This document shows, one piece after another, positions 23,938-34,127 of a DNA stretch of 64,000 nucleotides. Position 1 is the first letter of the stretch, and the number at the start of each line of letters is the position of its first letter. This DNA is from Chthoniobacterales bacterium (GTDB lineage: Bacteria; Verrucomicrobiota; Verrucomicrobiia; Chthoniobacterales; JAATET01): contig JAATET010000070.1 in assembly GCA_015655545.1 (NCBI GenBank), positions 11,841 through 75,840 on the forward strand. Direction: 5' to 3'. The position numbers and the translations under genes are program-made. The notes under the pieces were generated by a model. It saw only the letters and a list, made by a program, of their open reading frames with translations. It did not search any database and was not told the origin of the DNA.

Positions 23938-24617
23938 CCCAGGGTCGGATTCGGATGCAGGTGCAGGAGGCGGTCGGCGAGGTCGTTCAGGGCGACGCGG
24001 GCTTCGCGAAAGCCGCCGGCGAGCTCGTGGTAAATGCCCGAGAGATCGAAGCGGCGGGCGTCGCGGTGCTCGGCGGCGACCCGGAAGCTGGAGCGGCCGA
24101 TGTCTTCGTAGAACGAGAGGTCGGGAGCGCCGCGTCGCGCTCGTTTGTCGATATTTTCCGAGAACAGGCCGCTGAGAAAGAGCGCGTAGTTGGCGAGATG
24201 CGTGCGGAGCAGGAAGGCCTCGGAGGGCGAGGCTTCGCGAATCGCGAGCAGAATGTCGGAGACGTAGCGCATCTCGATATCGCGATGGGGATCGATGCGC
24301 CGCACTCGTGCGGTGGAGGTGAATGTGTCGAGCATGGCGGCGATGTAGTCGGCGGCATCGCGGCTGGAGACGGCGGTGTTTTTCAGCACGCGGCGGCAGA
24401 GCACGTAGAAGTAGAGCGAGGTGGAAATTTTCAGCGATTCGGCGGATTCGAGAATGGCCGAGGCGAGGGCGTCGTGTTCCAGGATTTCATCGCGCGTGTC
24501 GGCGTCGATGAGGAGTTCCTGAAGCGAAACGGCGTCGCGTGGGGAATGGGAGAGAGCGCGGACGATGAAGTCGAAATCGTCCGCCGTAAACCGAGCACGA
24601 CAGTTGGCGTGAATCAT
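23934..24617 (-). CDS. Conserved-looking hypothetical protein (227 aa), no family recognised
   Basis: Clean ORF, translationally coupled to 23245-23937. Confidence 0.55.
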   Translation of the reverse strand: MIHANCRARFTADDFDFIVRALSHSPRDAVSLQELLIDADTRDEILEHDALASAILESAESLKISTSLYFYVLCRRVLKNTAVSSRDAADYIAAMLDTFTSTARVRRIDPHRDIEMRYVSDILLAIREASPSEAFLLRTHLANYALFLSGLFSENIDKRARRGAPDLSFYEDIGRSSFRVAAEHRDARRFDLSGIYHELAGGFREARVALNDLADRLLHLHPNPTLG

Positions 24618-24680
24618 CGGGTCTTTTCACAAAGCATCGCGCGTGCCATGTGGAAAGCGACTCCGCGATGCGCGGGAGAG

Positions 24681-25022
24681 CTAGCGCGCGGCGCTCTTGC
24701 CGGCGTCGGCCTGCCGGAGTCGGAGAGCGATGTTCCAGGCCCCGGTGCTCGCCTTCATGGCGAGCTGGGCCCGGCGGAGGGCGCGATCGCCTTGGGTTTT
24801 GTTCTGCGCGGCCTCGGCGGACGAGCGATCGATCGTTCGCTGCATGGCCTGTGTCGTTTCCCATTGTTCCGAGTAGAGCTTGAAAAACTCCTGATGTTTG
24901 CGGGTCTCGTAAATCAAAGCCGCCAGGCTGAAGCAAAGACACAAGGTGAGGAGCGTGATCACGAGATCTTTCACCGTGGCGCGGCGTTCGGTCTTGGCGA
25001 GGGGAACGAGTTCGGAGGTCAT
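24681..25022 (-). CDS. Small membrane-anchored hypothetical protein
   Basis: Start taken at ATG 25022 (MTSELVPLAKTERRATVKDLVITLLTLCLCFSLAALIY..). It has one TM helix followed by a charged helical tail. Confidence 0.45.
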   Translation of the reverse strand: MTSELVPLAKTERRATVKDLVITLLTLCLCFSLAALIYETRKHQEFFKLYSEQWETTQAMQRTIDRSSAEAAQNKTQGDRALRRAQLAMKASTGAWNIALRLRQADAGKSAAR

Positions 25023-25111
25023 GGCTTGAAAACCAAAGTAGTCCACGGCGATGTCGACGCAACCGCGGTTCGTAAATTTTGACAATGTCGGAGAAAGGAC
25101 GAGATTTTTAC

Positions 25112-25309
25112 ATGGCCGAAAGAGAAATTTCCCCCGAAGAGATCGGTGACGATAAACCGGCGGCGTTTTACGAGAGCGAGGAAGCGAAGCGTCGCTTCGA
25201 TGCGGGACTCGAGGCTGCTTTGCGCGAGAAGGGCGTTCCCCTTTCCGAGTTGCTTGGCGATGCGATCGATCACCAGCGGCAGGATGCGAATCATCGACCG
25301 CGGGCTTGA
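25112..25309 (+). CDS. Hypothetical small acidic protein (weak call)
   Basis: MAEREISPEEIGDDKPAAFYESEEAKRRFDAGLEAALREKGVPLSELLGDAI... Protein-like composition but no family. Convergent with ruvB. Confidence 0.3.
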   Translation: MAEREISPEEIGDDKPAAFYESEEAKRRFDAGLEAALREKGVPLSELLGDAIDHQRQDANHRPRA

Positions 25310-25316
25310 GGCTCGT

Positions 25317-26333
25317 TTATTGGAAGAGCTCGTCCTGAGCGCGGCCCGGAGATTCGAGGCCGAGCTTGCGGTAGGCGCGCGTGAGGGCGACGCGGCCTTG
25401 CGGGGTGCGCTTTAAATAGCCCTGCATGATCAAATACGGCTCGTGGACTTCCTCGAGCGTGCCGGGCTCTTCGCCGGCGGCGACCGCGAGGGCGTTCACG
25501 CCGACGGGACCGCCGTCGAATTTCATGATCAAGCTCTCGATGATGCGTTTGTCCATTTCGTCGAAGCCGTCCTCGTCGACATCAAGCATGGTGAGGGCGG
25601 CGGCGGCGACATCGCGCGTGATGTGGCCCTGCGCGCGCACTTGTGCGAAATCGCGGACCCAGCGGAGGTAGTTGTTTACAATACGCGGCGTGCCGCGGGA
25701 GCGCCGGGCGATTTCCAACGCGCCGGGTTCGTCGATTTCCACGCCGATGAGGCCGGCGCTGCGAAGAACGATTTTCGTGAGCGGCCCGATGTCATAGTAA
25801 TCGAGACGGCAATTCATGCCGAAGCGGGAGCGAAGCGGGGCGCTGATCATGCCGGCGCGGGTCGTGGCGCCGATGAGGGTGAACTTCGCGAGATGCAGCC
25901 GCACGGCGCGTGCGCTGGGGCCCTGGTCGATGAGGATGTCCACTTTGAAGTCCTCCATCGCGGGATAGAGGTATTCCTCGATGGCGGGTTGGAGCCGATG
26001 GATTTCGTCGATGAAAAGGACGTCGCCGCGCTGGAGATTGGTGAGCAGACCCGCGAGGTCGCCCGCTTTTTCGATCATCGGGCCGCTGGTCGTCTTGACT
26101 TCGGCGCCGACGGCGTTGCCGATGATGTAGGCGAGCGTGGTCTTGCCCAGCCCCGGCGGGCCGCTGAGCAGGATGTGCTGGAGCACGTCGTCGCGCATCT
26201 TCGCGGCCTCGACCATGAGCTGAAGGCGCTCGATGGTTTTTTCCTGGCCGGAGAACTCTTCGAACAGCGGCGGGCGCAGCGAGATGTCGAACGGTGTGTC
26301 GGGAGCTTCGGGATTGCTGATGGGATCGGGCAT
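25317..26333 (-). CDS. ruvB: Holliday junction branch-migration helicase RuvB
   Basis: [14 protein letters not shown] (Walker A), [10 protein letters not shown] (Walker B), [21 protein letters not shown]. Start at ATG 26333; the ORF-track extension was rejected. Confidence 0.92.
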   Translation of the reverse strand: MPDPISNPEAPDTPFDISLRPPLFEEFSGQEKTIERLQLMVEAAKMRDDVLQHILLSGPPGLGKTTLAYIIGNAVGAEVKTTSGPMIEKAGDLAGLLTNLQRGDVLFIDEIHRLQPAIEEYLYPAMEDFKVDILIDQGPSARAVRLHLAKFTLIGATTRAGMISAPLRSRFGMNCRLDYYDIGPLTKIVLRSAGLIGVEIDEPGALEIARRSRGTPRIVNNYLRWVRDFAQVRAQGHITRDVAAAALTMLDVDEDGFDEMDKRIIESLIMKFDGGPVGVNALAVAAGEEPGTLEEVHEPYLIMQGYLKRTPQGRVALTRAYRKLGLESPGRAQDELFQ

Positions 26334-26358
26334 ATAGGTCCAATAGGTCTTATAGGAT

Positions 26359-27174
26359 CTATGGCAAAGCTTCCTCGAATTGCGCGAGGCAGGCGCGGAT
26401 GCCGGCGGGATCGCGAAGCAGGGAGGTGCCGACGAGCACGGCGTCGAAGCGGTCGCGAGCGAGGGAGAGATTGTCCGGAGAAATTCCACTTTCCGCGATG
26501 TGGAGAGAGTTTGCGGGAAGTTTTTCCGCGAGGTCGAAAGCGTCGAAGGAGAGGCTGAAGTCGCTCGTCGAGCTGCCGGTCGCGCCGACGAAGCCGGTGG
26601 TGGATTTGAACTTTCGGCTGTTGATGCCGATTACTCGGGCTCCGGCGGGCAGCAGCGCGATTTCTTCCTCGGTGTGGACTTCGAAGAGGACTTCCATGCC
26701 GAGCTCGCAGGCGAGGTCGTGAAAGCCGGCGAGGCGCGGGGCGTCGAGGACGTTGGCCATGAGCAGAATGGCGTCGGCGCCGAAGGCCCGGGCTTCGCGA
26801 ACCTGATATTCGTCCACCATGAAATCTTTGCGCAGCACCGGCTTGGTGACTCGGGCGCGGATCGTGGCGAGACGCTCGATACCCATGCCGAAATGATGCG
26901 CGTTGGTAAGAATGGAGAGCGCGCGCACGATGGGGGATTCCTCGTAGGCATCCGGTGCGCCGGCGACGTTTTCCGCACGCATGGGACCGACACTGGGCGA
27001 GCGCTCCTTGATTTCGGCGATGAGGCCGAAGGAGGCCGCGAGCGCGCCGTGGAAATCGCGAATCGGCGGAGCATCGGCCAGCATGGTGCGCACCTCATGG
27101 ATCGGGCGGCGGGTTTTCGTGGAGGAAAGCTCGTGCGCGACGTCGGCGAGGATTTGATCGAGGAAAGTGCTCAC
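26359..27174 (-). CDS. trpC: Indole-3-glycerol-phosphate synthase
   Basis: [44 protein letters not shown] motifs. GTG start. Confidence 0.85.
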   Translation of the reverse strand: MSTFLDQILADVAHELSSTKTRRPIHEVRTMLADAPPIRDFHGALAASFGLIAEIKERSPSVGPMRAENVAGAPDAYEESPIVRALSILTNAHHFGMGIERLATIRARVTKPVLRKDFMVDEYQVREARAFGADAILLMANVLDAPRLAGFHDLACELGMEVLFEVHTEEEIALLPAGARVIGINSRKFKSTTGFVGATGSSTSDFSLSFDAFDLAEKLPANSLHIAESGISPDNLSLARDRFDAVLVGTSLLRDPAGIRACLAQFEEALP

Positions 27175-27203
27175 GCGAGGCGCAGATTACGCGATTCGCG
27201 GCA

Positions 27204-27536
27204 TCACTGGGAAGCGCAGGTGTCGCTTACCCATTGCGCATAAGCTGCGTCGGCGGCTTCGGGCGTGAAGATGAGAATCTCCGGTGTCTCGTAGGGATGC
27301 ATTTCCTTGAGCCGCGCGGCGGCTTTTTCTGCGGTCGAAACGGAGGTTTTTAAAACGGCGACGATTTCCTCGGAGTCCTCGATCTTGCCCTTCCACATAT
27401 AGATGGAGCGAGCGGGGGGGAGCAGGGTGCCGCAGGCGATGAGGCTCTCGGCGAGCAGCGTGCGAATCGCGCCGATGGCGTCGGGTTCTTTCGCGAACGT
27501 CGTGACGATGCAGCGAAGATCAGGCTGCGGCGGCAT
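27204..27536 (-). CDS. cutA: Divalent-cation tolerance protein CutA
   Basis: ..IVTTFAKEPDAIGAIRTLLAESLIACGTLLPPARSIYMWKGKIEDSEEIVAVLKT...HPYETPEILIF. Start at ATG 27536, overlapping the 3' end of mnmA by 17 nt. Confidence 0.8.
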   Translation of the reverse strand: MPPQPDLRCIVTTFAKEPDAIGAIRTLLAESLIACGTLLPPARSIYMWKGKIEDSEEIVAVLKTSVSTAEKAAARLKEMHPYETPEILIFTPEAADAAYAQWVSDTCASQ

Positions 27537-28650
27537 GGAGCTGGATGGGGGATGCTTTGCGCACGATCCAGCCGCCTCCCACGACCTGGTCGCCGACATA
27601 CAGCACGGCGGCCTGGCCCGGGGTGACGGCGCGCTGGGGTTCGGTGAGGCGAATGCGGTGAGTTCCGGTGTCGGAGGGCTCGATGACGCCGGCGGCGCCG
27701 GGGTGGGCGTAGCGGATCTTGACCGTGATCTCGAGCGGCTCGGCGGGCTCGGGGATGTGCCAGTTGACGTTGTCGATTTCGAATTCGCCGCGCACGAGCT
27801 CGCTCTCGGGGCCGACGATCACGCGCGAGCGGTCGGCGTCGATGTCGATGACGTAGAGTGGATAGGGCGAGCCGCCGGGCAGGCCTTTGCGCTGGCCGAT
27901 GGTGAACATTTCGATGCCCTCGTGCTCGCCGAGGAAAGTGCCGGTCGTGTCGTAGATGCCGCCGCGGTGGAATTCCTGCTCGCCGAGGTGCGAGCGGAGG
28001 AAGGCCTTGTAGTCGTTGCCGGGGACGAAGCAAATTTCCTGGCTGTCCACCTTGTCGGCGACTTTGAGGCCGAGCGAGCGGGCGATGTCGCGGATCTCGG
28101 GCTTGGTCATGCCGCCGAGGGGCGTGAGCGCGCGCTGGAGCTGCGGCTGGCGTAGGCTGAAGAGGAAATAGGACTGGTCCTTGCGGTCGTCGAGGCCTTT
28201 GCGGAGGACGGCGCGGCCCTGGCCCTCGGGGTCTCCCTGATGGTGCTCGATGATGGCGTAGTGGCCGGTGGCGATGTATTCGGCGCCGAGAGCTTTGGCT
28301 TTTGTCCAGAGATTGCCGAACTTGAGTTTCTCGTTGCACATCACGCAGGGATTCGGCGTTCGGCCGGCGCGGTATTCGCTGGAGAAATAATCGATGACAA
28401 GTTTTTCGAACTGGTCGGCCTCGTCGACGACGTAGTGCGGGATGCCGAGCGCGTGGGCGACGCCGCGGGCGTCGGCGATGGCGGAGGGGCCGCAGCATTT
28501 GTCTTCGGCGCGTGAAATGCAGTCCTGCGGCAAGACCTTCATGGTCACGCCGATGACATCCCATCCGTCGCGCTTGAGCAGGTAGGCGGTGACACTGCTG
28601 TCCACGCCGCCGCTCATGCCGACGAGCACGCGCTTGCCGTTGCCGTTCAT
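27520..28650 (-). CDS. mnmA: tRNA 2-thiouridine(34) synthase MnmA
   Basis: VLVGMSGGVDSSVTAYLL PP-loop, TPNPCVMCN, YIATGHYA. Confidence 0.92.
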   Translation of the reverse strand: MNGNGKRVLVGMSGGVDSSVTAYLLKRDGWDVIGVTMKVLPQDCISRAEDKCCGPSAIADARGVAHALGIPHYVVDEADQFEKLVIDYFSSEYRAGRTPNPCVMCNEKLKFGNLWTKAKALGAEYIATGHYAIIEHHQGDPEGQGRAVLRKGLDDRKDQSYFLFSLRQPQLQRALTPLGGMTKPEIRDIARSLGLKVADKVDSQEICFVPGNDYKAFLRSHLGEQEFHRGGIYDTTGTFLGEHEGIEMFTIGQRKGLPGGSPYPLYVIDIDADRSRVIVGPESELVRGEFEIDNVNWHIPEPAEPLEITVKIRYAHPGAAGVIEPSDTGTHRIRLTEPQRAVTPGQAAVLYVGDQVVGGGWIVRKASPIQLHAAAA

Positions 28651-28829
28651 TCGAGCCGGGGAATATGCCGCCCGGGCGGCGTTTCGTCAAACGCGGATGC
28701 GTCTCACGAAATGGCGTGGATACGGCGGTCCGATCGATTTTTCGAGATGGCTGCCCAAGCCACGAAGACCACGAGCACGGCGGGGCCGGACTTTGTTAGC
28801 GATTCACGAGTGAGGGATCGTCCGGACGA

Positions 28830-29117
28830 TTAAATCCCCGGCAAAAAGGTAGCCGAAACCAAAAACAAAAAGCAGAGCACGGCGACGATGACACCGATGA
28901 CGCGCGCCACCGCGGAGGAGAGCGGCGCTTTTTCCAGGTGGCCGCAGAGGGAGGCGAAGGCGACCCAGACAAGCGGGATTGCGAACAGCCACAGCGACCA
29001 TTGGTTCAGCGATTCGAGCGAGGGCGGGACCGTGGTATCCGCATGCACCATGATTTTGAACGCCACGATCCCGAGGGCGAGGAAGGCGAACTGGGTGAGC
29101 GCGAGGACTCGAATCAT
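28830..29117 (-). CDS. Small hypothetical membrane protein
   Basis: 95 aa with 3 predicted TM helices; no family recognised. Confidence 0.45.
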   Translation of the reverse strand: MIRVLALTQFAFLALGIVAFKIMVHADTTVPPSLESLNQWSLWLFAIPLVWVAFASLCGHLEKAPLSSAVARVIGVIVAVLCFLFLVSATFLPGI

Positions 29118-29147
29118 GGGGAGAATGCTCGAGTCGGCGCGGGTTTG

Positions 29148-29498
29148 TTAGACGAGCCGAATGGTGAGCGGGTAGCGGTAAAATTCTCCCGCGGAAGCTT
29201 TCACGCACGCCAGGATGGCGCAGACGACCGAGCCAACGATCACAATCGGGAGAAGCAGAATGCCGATGAAAATGGAGCAGAGCACGAGTGAGACGATGGC
29301 GCTGATGTGGAAGTTCAGCGCCTCCTTGGCGTGGTCGGCGGTGAGCGGGGCGTCCTGCTTTTTCACGAAGTAAACGATGAGCGGCAGGATGAATCCGACG
29401 CCGAGGAGCAGCGAGAGGTGGCAGAGGATGATCCAGATTTTATCGTCGCTGCCGCTGGTAACGGGGAGCGGTGGCGGGTTCGTTGGGCTGTTTTCCAT
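29148..29498 (-). CDS. DUF4870-like membrane protein
   Basis: ILCHLSLLLGVGFILPLIVYFVKKQD.PLTADHAKEALNFHIS pattern, recalled as typical of DUF4870. Confidence 0.6.
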   Translation of the reverse strand: MENSPTNPPPLPVTSGSDDKIWIILCHLSLLLGVGFILPLIVYFVKKQDAPLTADHAKEALNFHISAIVSLVLCSIFIGILLLPIVIVGSVVCAILACVKASAGEFYRYPLTIRLV

Positions 29499-29576
29499 GG
29501 CGCGGACGAATCTTCGATAGAATGCAGAAAATAGCTGAGGCCTCGATAGTTCAAGCGCCGAATTTGGGCGGGGCGA

Positions 29577-30608
29577 CTAAATCGGCAAATCGGGAGCGGC
29601 CTTTGCGGCTTCCTCGAGTTTCTTGACGCGGTCGTAAAGTTTGCCGAGGCGATTGACCTGGGCGGCTTGTTCCTTCCAGGTCTGGATCTCGCGCGCGGGG
29701 CTGCCGCAGACGATCTCGCCGGATTTGAGATTGCGGCTGAGTCCGCATTGGGCGGCGACGATGGCCTGGTCTCCAATCTCGATGTGGCCGACGATGCCGG
29801 CTTGGCCGGCGAGCGTGACGTAGCTGCCGATGCGGGTGCTGCCGGAGATGCCGACCTGCGAGCAAATGATGGTGTTCGCGCCGACGCGGACGTTGTGGGC
29901 GATTTGGACGAGGTTGTCGATCTTGGTGCCTTGCTGAATCCAGGTGCGGCCAAAGCGGGCGCGGTCGATGGTGGTGTTGGCGCCGATCTCCACGTCGTCG
30001 TCGATCTGCACGATGCCGGTCTGGGGGATTTTTACGTGGCGACCGTCCTTGAGCTCGTAGCCGAAGCCGTCGGCTCCGATCACGGCGCCGCTGTGGAGCT
30101 GGACGCGGTGGCCGATCTTGCAACGCTCGCGAACGGTGACGCGCGGGTGGAGAAAATCGTCGTCGCCGAGGGTGGCGTGATGGCCGATGTAGCATTGGGC
30201 GCCGACGACGGTGCGGGCTCCGATTTTTACGCCAGCCTCGATGATGGCTCCGGGGCCGACGTGGACGGTGGGATCGACTTGCGCGGAGGGGGCCACAATC
30301 GCGGAGGGGTGAATGCCGGGCGGATGGACGATGGGCTCGGGGGCGAAGCGGGCGAGGATTTTCGCGAAGGCTTCGGCGGGATTTTCGACCCAGATGCGGG
30401 CAGGTTTGATTTCTTCGGTGAAGCCGTGGGGAACGAGAACGGCGCTGGCCTGCGTGGCGCGGAGGGCGGGGAGGTATTTGGCGTTGCCGAAAAAGGCGAT
30501 GTCGCCGGCGCCGGCCTCGACGAGAGAGGCGGGGCCGTGGATTTCGACGGACTCGTGGAGGGAATCGACGTGGCCTGAGACGAGATCGGCAATTTCGCGA
30601 AGGATCAT
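29577..30608 (-). CDS. lpxD: UDP-3-O-acylglucosamine N-acyltransferase
   Basis: MILREIADLV..DIAFFGNAKYLPAL, then a long hexapeptide-repeat (LbH) region and a C-terminal helix. Start at ATG 30608; the 678-aa ORF-track version was rejected. Confidence 0.88.
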   Translation of the reverse strand: MILREIADLVSGHVDSLHESVEIHGPASLVEAGAGDIAFFGNAKYLPALRATQASAVLVPHGFTEEIKPARIWVENPAEAFAKILARFAPEPIVHPPGIHPSAIVAPSAQVDPTVHVGPGAIIEAGVKIGARTVVGAQCYIGHHATLGDDDFLHPRVTVRERCKIGHRVQLHSGAVIGADGFGYELKDGRHVKIPQTGIVQIDDDVEIGANTTIDRARFGRTWIQQGTKIDNLVQIAHNVRVGANTIICSQVGISGSTRIGSYVTLAGQAGIVGHIEIGDQAIVAAQCGLSRNLKSGEIVCGSPAREIQTWKEQAAQVNRLGKLYDRVKKLEEAAKAAPDLPI

Positions 30609-30663
30609 GGCTGAATGATGGAAGACGGGTTTTGAATAAGGAAGACAGGAAAGGAGGAAAGGG

Positions 30664-32568
30664 TCAGGGCGTGCGGTCGGTGAGTAGCTGGAAATCCTCG
30701 AGGGTGATGCGCCGGGTCTTGCTCGAAAGGCGGAGGCGGATCTGCAGGGCGTCGGCATCGGGCGGGACGGTGAGGAAAAAGAAATCCTCGCTGGTGCGGT
30801 CGAAGAAGTAGGGCTTAAAGACGAGGGACTGAATGGATTTCCCGGCGCGGAGAAAATCGACGGCGGCGCGAACGGGCTCGGTGGCGTTCGACGAATAGCG
30901 CATGGAAAGAAATAGCGTGCGGCCGGAGAGCCCTTCCGGGAGCGGCACGACGGGAAGGTCGATCGGATCGGTGGGAGCTTTCTCGAACGTCCACTCGTGC
31001 GGAACGGGAAGATTCGGGAGGAGCGCGGAACGGAGCGGCCGGCCATCGGGCAGCCGATCGGTGAGACCGGCGGCGTCGCGGGCAAGGAAGACGAAGTCGG
31101 GAACGTCGCCCTTGAGGATGGCGCGGCGGGCGGTCCAGCCATCGAGCGGCGGGCGGAGGTATGGCGCGATGTCGCCGATGGCGTCGAGCTGGTTGTATTC
31201 GCTCTTCTTGCGGGAACCGGTCCAGATCCACTTTCGGTTGAACCAGATTTCGTCGGAGCCGCGGGCGAGTTCAAGAGTGGTGGGAGATGGATCGAGCAGG
31301 TCCTTCTGCAAGGTCCAGTGGACGCGGGAGGCTGCGGCGGGATCGGCGAGATTTGCAACGTGGCGCATGGCATCGTGCGAAAGGACGCGGAGCCCGGGCG
31401 GAGCGGTGCGCAGATAGTCGGCGATTTCGTGGAGGTAGTTCGGCCCGCGGAAGGAGCGGCTCGAGAGGGCAACGCAGAGGATGGCGAGCAGAGCGAGCGC
31501 GGCGGTAAAGTGGCGGCGGAAGAATGCGACCGGCGCGCGCGTGGGCAGTCGGGCTGCGATCCAGGCGAGTGCAAAGGCGGTGAGGATGGAGAGCGGGAAG
31601 GCGAGGCTGCCAAGGAAGCGCTCGCCGTCGCGCACGAGCGGCCGCGGTGGGAAGAGGCTCTGCAGCGCGCAGCTGTAGGTCAATAGATAGCCGACGGCGT
31701 AGATGACGAGGGCGCGGCCGGCGACGCCGAAGCGGGTCCAAGCGATGCCGATGCCGAGGAGGCCGAGGAGATTGAAGATGGTGTCGGTGTAGCGGCGCTT
31801 GAGGAGAGGGAGAAATCGCGTGGGAAACTCCCAAAGCTGGATCGTCTCCGTGCCCTTGCGGCCTTTTGCGCCGAGATTCGCGTGGAGGCTGTGGAGCCAG
31901 TCGCCGGTGAGCGAGAAGTAGATCGCGGATTCGATCGCGACGAAGCCCATCATGAAAAGGCCGCTGACTGCGAGCCAGAGAAATTGGCGCGGATAAAAGG
32001 CGAGCGTGGCCAGCAGCAGGACGGGAATGGCGAAGACGCCGGTGATGCGGTTTGCCTGGCCGATGGCCAGGGCAAGGCCGACGATGGCGGCGAGGGCGAT
32101 TTTGCGGGTGCGGTGGTCGCAGCGGACCATTTTCAGCCACGCGAGGAAAGCGACCGCGACCCAAAAGCCTTCCGAGAGATCGGGCATCGGCCGGTCGATG
32201 ACGGAATCGAGTTGCGGGTGGAAGAGGAAGAGGATTCCCGCGACGATGGCGGTGCGGGCGGTGGCGCCAACCTCGAGTGCGAGCAGCCAGACGACGACCG
32301 CGCCCGCTCCGAGATAGACCATCGGTTCCAAATAGTAGGAGAGCGCGCTGTAGCCGAACGGGATCTGGAGCAGCCAGCAGAGGCCCCAGACGGGCCAGCG
32401 GAGGTCGTGGAAGGAAGTGGTGCTCCAGGCGCCGGAGACGTGGTGGTGCAGATCGAACGCGAGACCCCAGTAATTCAGGTCGTCGCCGAGCGACGGCGGG
32501 GTTTGGTAAATCCAGCTGACGAGGAACGCGCCGAAGAAGAGCAGGAGCGGCGGGAGGAGGGATTTCAT
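30664..32568 (-). CDS. Polytopic membrane protein, GT-C (ArnT/PMT-like) glycosyltransferase fold suspected, with a C-terminal soluble domain
   Basis: Start at ATG 32568 (MKSLLPPLLLFFGAFLVSW). There are about 11 TM helices over the first ~370 aa and then a ~260-aa non-membrane domain. ATGA overlap with the upstream paralogous-looking gene. Confidence 0.5.
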   Translation of the reverse strand: MKSLLPPLLLFFGAFLVSWIYQTPPSLGDDLNYWGLAFDLHHHVSGAWSTTSFHDLRWPVWGLCWLLQIPFGYSALSYYLEPMVYLGAGAVVVWLLALEVGATARTAIVAGILFLFHPQLDSVIDRPMPDLSEGFWVAVAFLAWLKMVRCDHRTRKIALAAIVGLALAIGQANRITGVFAIPVLLLATLAFYPRQFLWLAVSGLFMMGFVAIESAIYFSLTGDWLHSLHANLGAKGRKGTETIQLWEFPTRFLPLLKRRYTDTIFNLLGLLGIGIAWTRFGVAGRALVIYAVGYLLTYSCALQSLFPPRPLVRDGERFLGSLAFPLSILTAFALAWIAARLPTRAPVAFFRRHFTAALALLAILCVALSSRSFRGPNYLHEIADYLRTAPPGLRVLSHDAMRHVANLADPAAASRVHWTLQKDLLDPSPTTLELARGSDEIWFNRKWIWTGSRKKSEYNQLDAIGDIAPYLRPPLDGWTARRAILKGDVPDFVFLARDAAGLTDRLPDGRPLRSALLPNLPVPHEWTFEKAPTDPIDLPVVPLPEGLSGRTLFLSMRYSSNATEPVRAAVDFLRAGKSIQSLVFKPYFFDRTSEDFFFLTVPPDADALQIRLRLSSKTRRITLEDFQLLTDRTP

Positions 32569-34124
32569 GCGACGCGGGATTTCCGAAAACGTGCGACGAG
32601 GATAAGCGCGCTGTCGAGGAGCGCGAGCGCGTAGAGAATCCAGAGCGGCTCGAAGATCACGCGAAAGCGGGCGCGGATATTTGCCGTGACCATGATGAGC
32701 AGCCAGAGGGCGAGGAGAAACGCGCCCCAGAGCTGGTGGAAGTTCAGAGGGCGCGGGTCGCGGAAGGCGAGGGCGAGCAATCCCAGCAAGGCAAAGGTGT
32801 AAAGCCAGGGAAGACCGTGGATGGATACTCCGCCTGCGCTCGAGCCGGGCAAGGCAAATGGCGCGATGGATGCGACGCCGGCGGCGGCGAAAGTCTGCAA
32901 CCACCGTGTGAACGCATCGCCGGGAATCGGGCGATACGTGGCTTCGAGATAGGCGCGGGCGTCGGATTCGTCGGCGAAGTCCCGGCCCCAGAGGAGCCGG
33001 GCAAGATGCAGATTTTTCAAGTCGTCGCCGTTGCCATAGAGCGCGTCGAGCTGTCCGGCGATGGCGTAGGAATCGAAATCGCCGCAAGGAAGTTCGCGGT
33101 GGGCGATGACGAATTTTCGCAGCGCGAGATCGGGCAGCTCGGCGACATGGCGCAGGGCGATTTCCAGGCCGGCGCGTTTGCAGGCGGAATCCATGCGGTC
33201 CCTCGAGCCGGTGAGCGCCTGGAGGCGACGGGATATTTCCTTGCGGAGCGGCACCAGCTTTGGCGGCTCCGCGCCGGACCAGGAAGCGCGAGTTTGGGCG
33301 GAGAGGTCGGCCAGTTTTTCGGCGACGCCGGGGGACGCCGCGAGTTTTTCCGGAGCGAGGTGGACGAGGGAAGTCAGCAGGAGCAGCCCGCTTTGGTGGG
33401 TGCGGGTGAGCGAGAAAATCGTGGCGGTCCAGACGAGGGAGATGGCGAGGGCGATGCGGAATGGACGCCAATTTCCCCAGAGGACGCGGATAACGAGAGC
33501 GATGGCGAAGAGCGCGAACAAGCGGCCCTCGGGGCGGGTGCCCGCGATGAAGAAAACGGCGAGCAGGAGCGCGGCGAGCGTATAGCGATTTGCGAAGCGA
33601 TAGAATGCGGTGGCGGTGAGCGCGACCAGCAGAATGCCGAAGATCGCGTAAGTCTCGGCCAGCGCGACGTGTTCATACCAGAGCAGCACGGGATCGAGCG
33701 CGAGCAGCAGGGTGGCGGGAACGATCAGCCAGCGCCAGAATCGGAACCACGCGTGAACGAGCAGGCCGCCGAGGAAGACGCTGGCGACGCCGAGCAGGTG
33801 CTGGATGGCCGCGATAAACGGAAGGATGGGAAGGTGGAGCAGCGCCGGCACGCAGTAGAGCAGCGGGGCGAGAAAGGTCTTTTTACCGTCGATCCCGAAC
33901 GCGCCGCGGGAGAGAAGGCCGCTTGCGGTCCCGGCGATCGATGCGGTGTCGTTGTGCACGAATGCGGCGGGCATTTCCGCGAGCAGCCACCCGCGGAGCG
34001 CGATGGCCACGAGTGCGGCGGGGAGGCAGAGTCGCAGGGCAAGGCGGAGGTCGCGCGTGTGCGCGCGCCGGAGGAAGGCTCGAAATGCGGGGGGATCCGC
34101 GAGTCGCAGTAGCCAGTCCCGCAT
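32565..34124 (-). CDS. Polytopic membrane protein, GT-C (ArnT/PMT-like) glycosyltransferase fold suspected
   Basis: 519 aa with many TM helices. The start lies 3 nt after the rho stop. Confidence 0.45.
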   Translation of the reverse strand: MRDWLLRLADPPAFRAFLRRAHTRDLRLALRLCLPAALVAIALRGWLLAEMPAAFVHNDTASIAGTASGLLSRGAFGIDGKKTFLAPLLYCVPALLHLPILPFIAAIQHLLGVASVFLGGLLVHAWFRFWRWLIVPATLLLALDPVLLWYEHVALAETYAIFGILLVALTATAFYRFANRYTLAALLLAVFFIAGTRPEGRLFALFAIALVIRVLWGNWRPFRIALAISLVWTATIFSLTRTHQSGLLLLTSLVHLAPEKLAASPGVAEKLADLSAQTRASWSGAEPPKLVPLRKEISRRLQALTGSRDRMDSACKRAGLEIALRHVAELPDLALRKFVIAHRELPCGDFDSYAIAGQLDALYGNGDDLKNLHLARLLWGRDFADESDARAYLEATYRPIPGDAFTRWLQTFAAAGVASIAPFALPGSSAGGVSIHGLPWLYTFALLGLLALAFRDPRPLNFHQLWGAFLLALWLLIMVTANIRARFRVIFEPLWILYALALLDSALILVARFRKSRVA

Positions 34125-34127
34125 GGG

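Noticed and set aside
29577-33471. Long N-terminal extensions of lpxD (678 aa) and of the 30664 membrane gene (935 aa)
   Set aside because: The extensions are Pro/Arg/Ser-rich and overlap the upstream genes in other frames. Internal ATGs at 30608 and 32568 give canonical N-termini and ATGA-type coupling.
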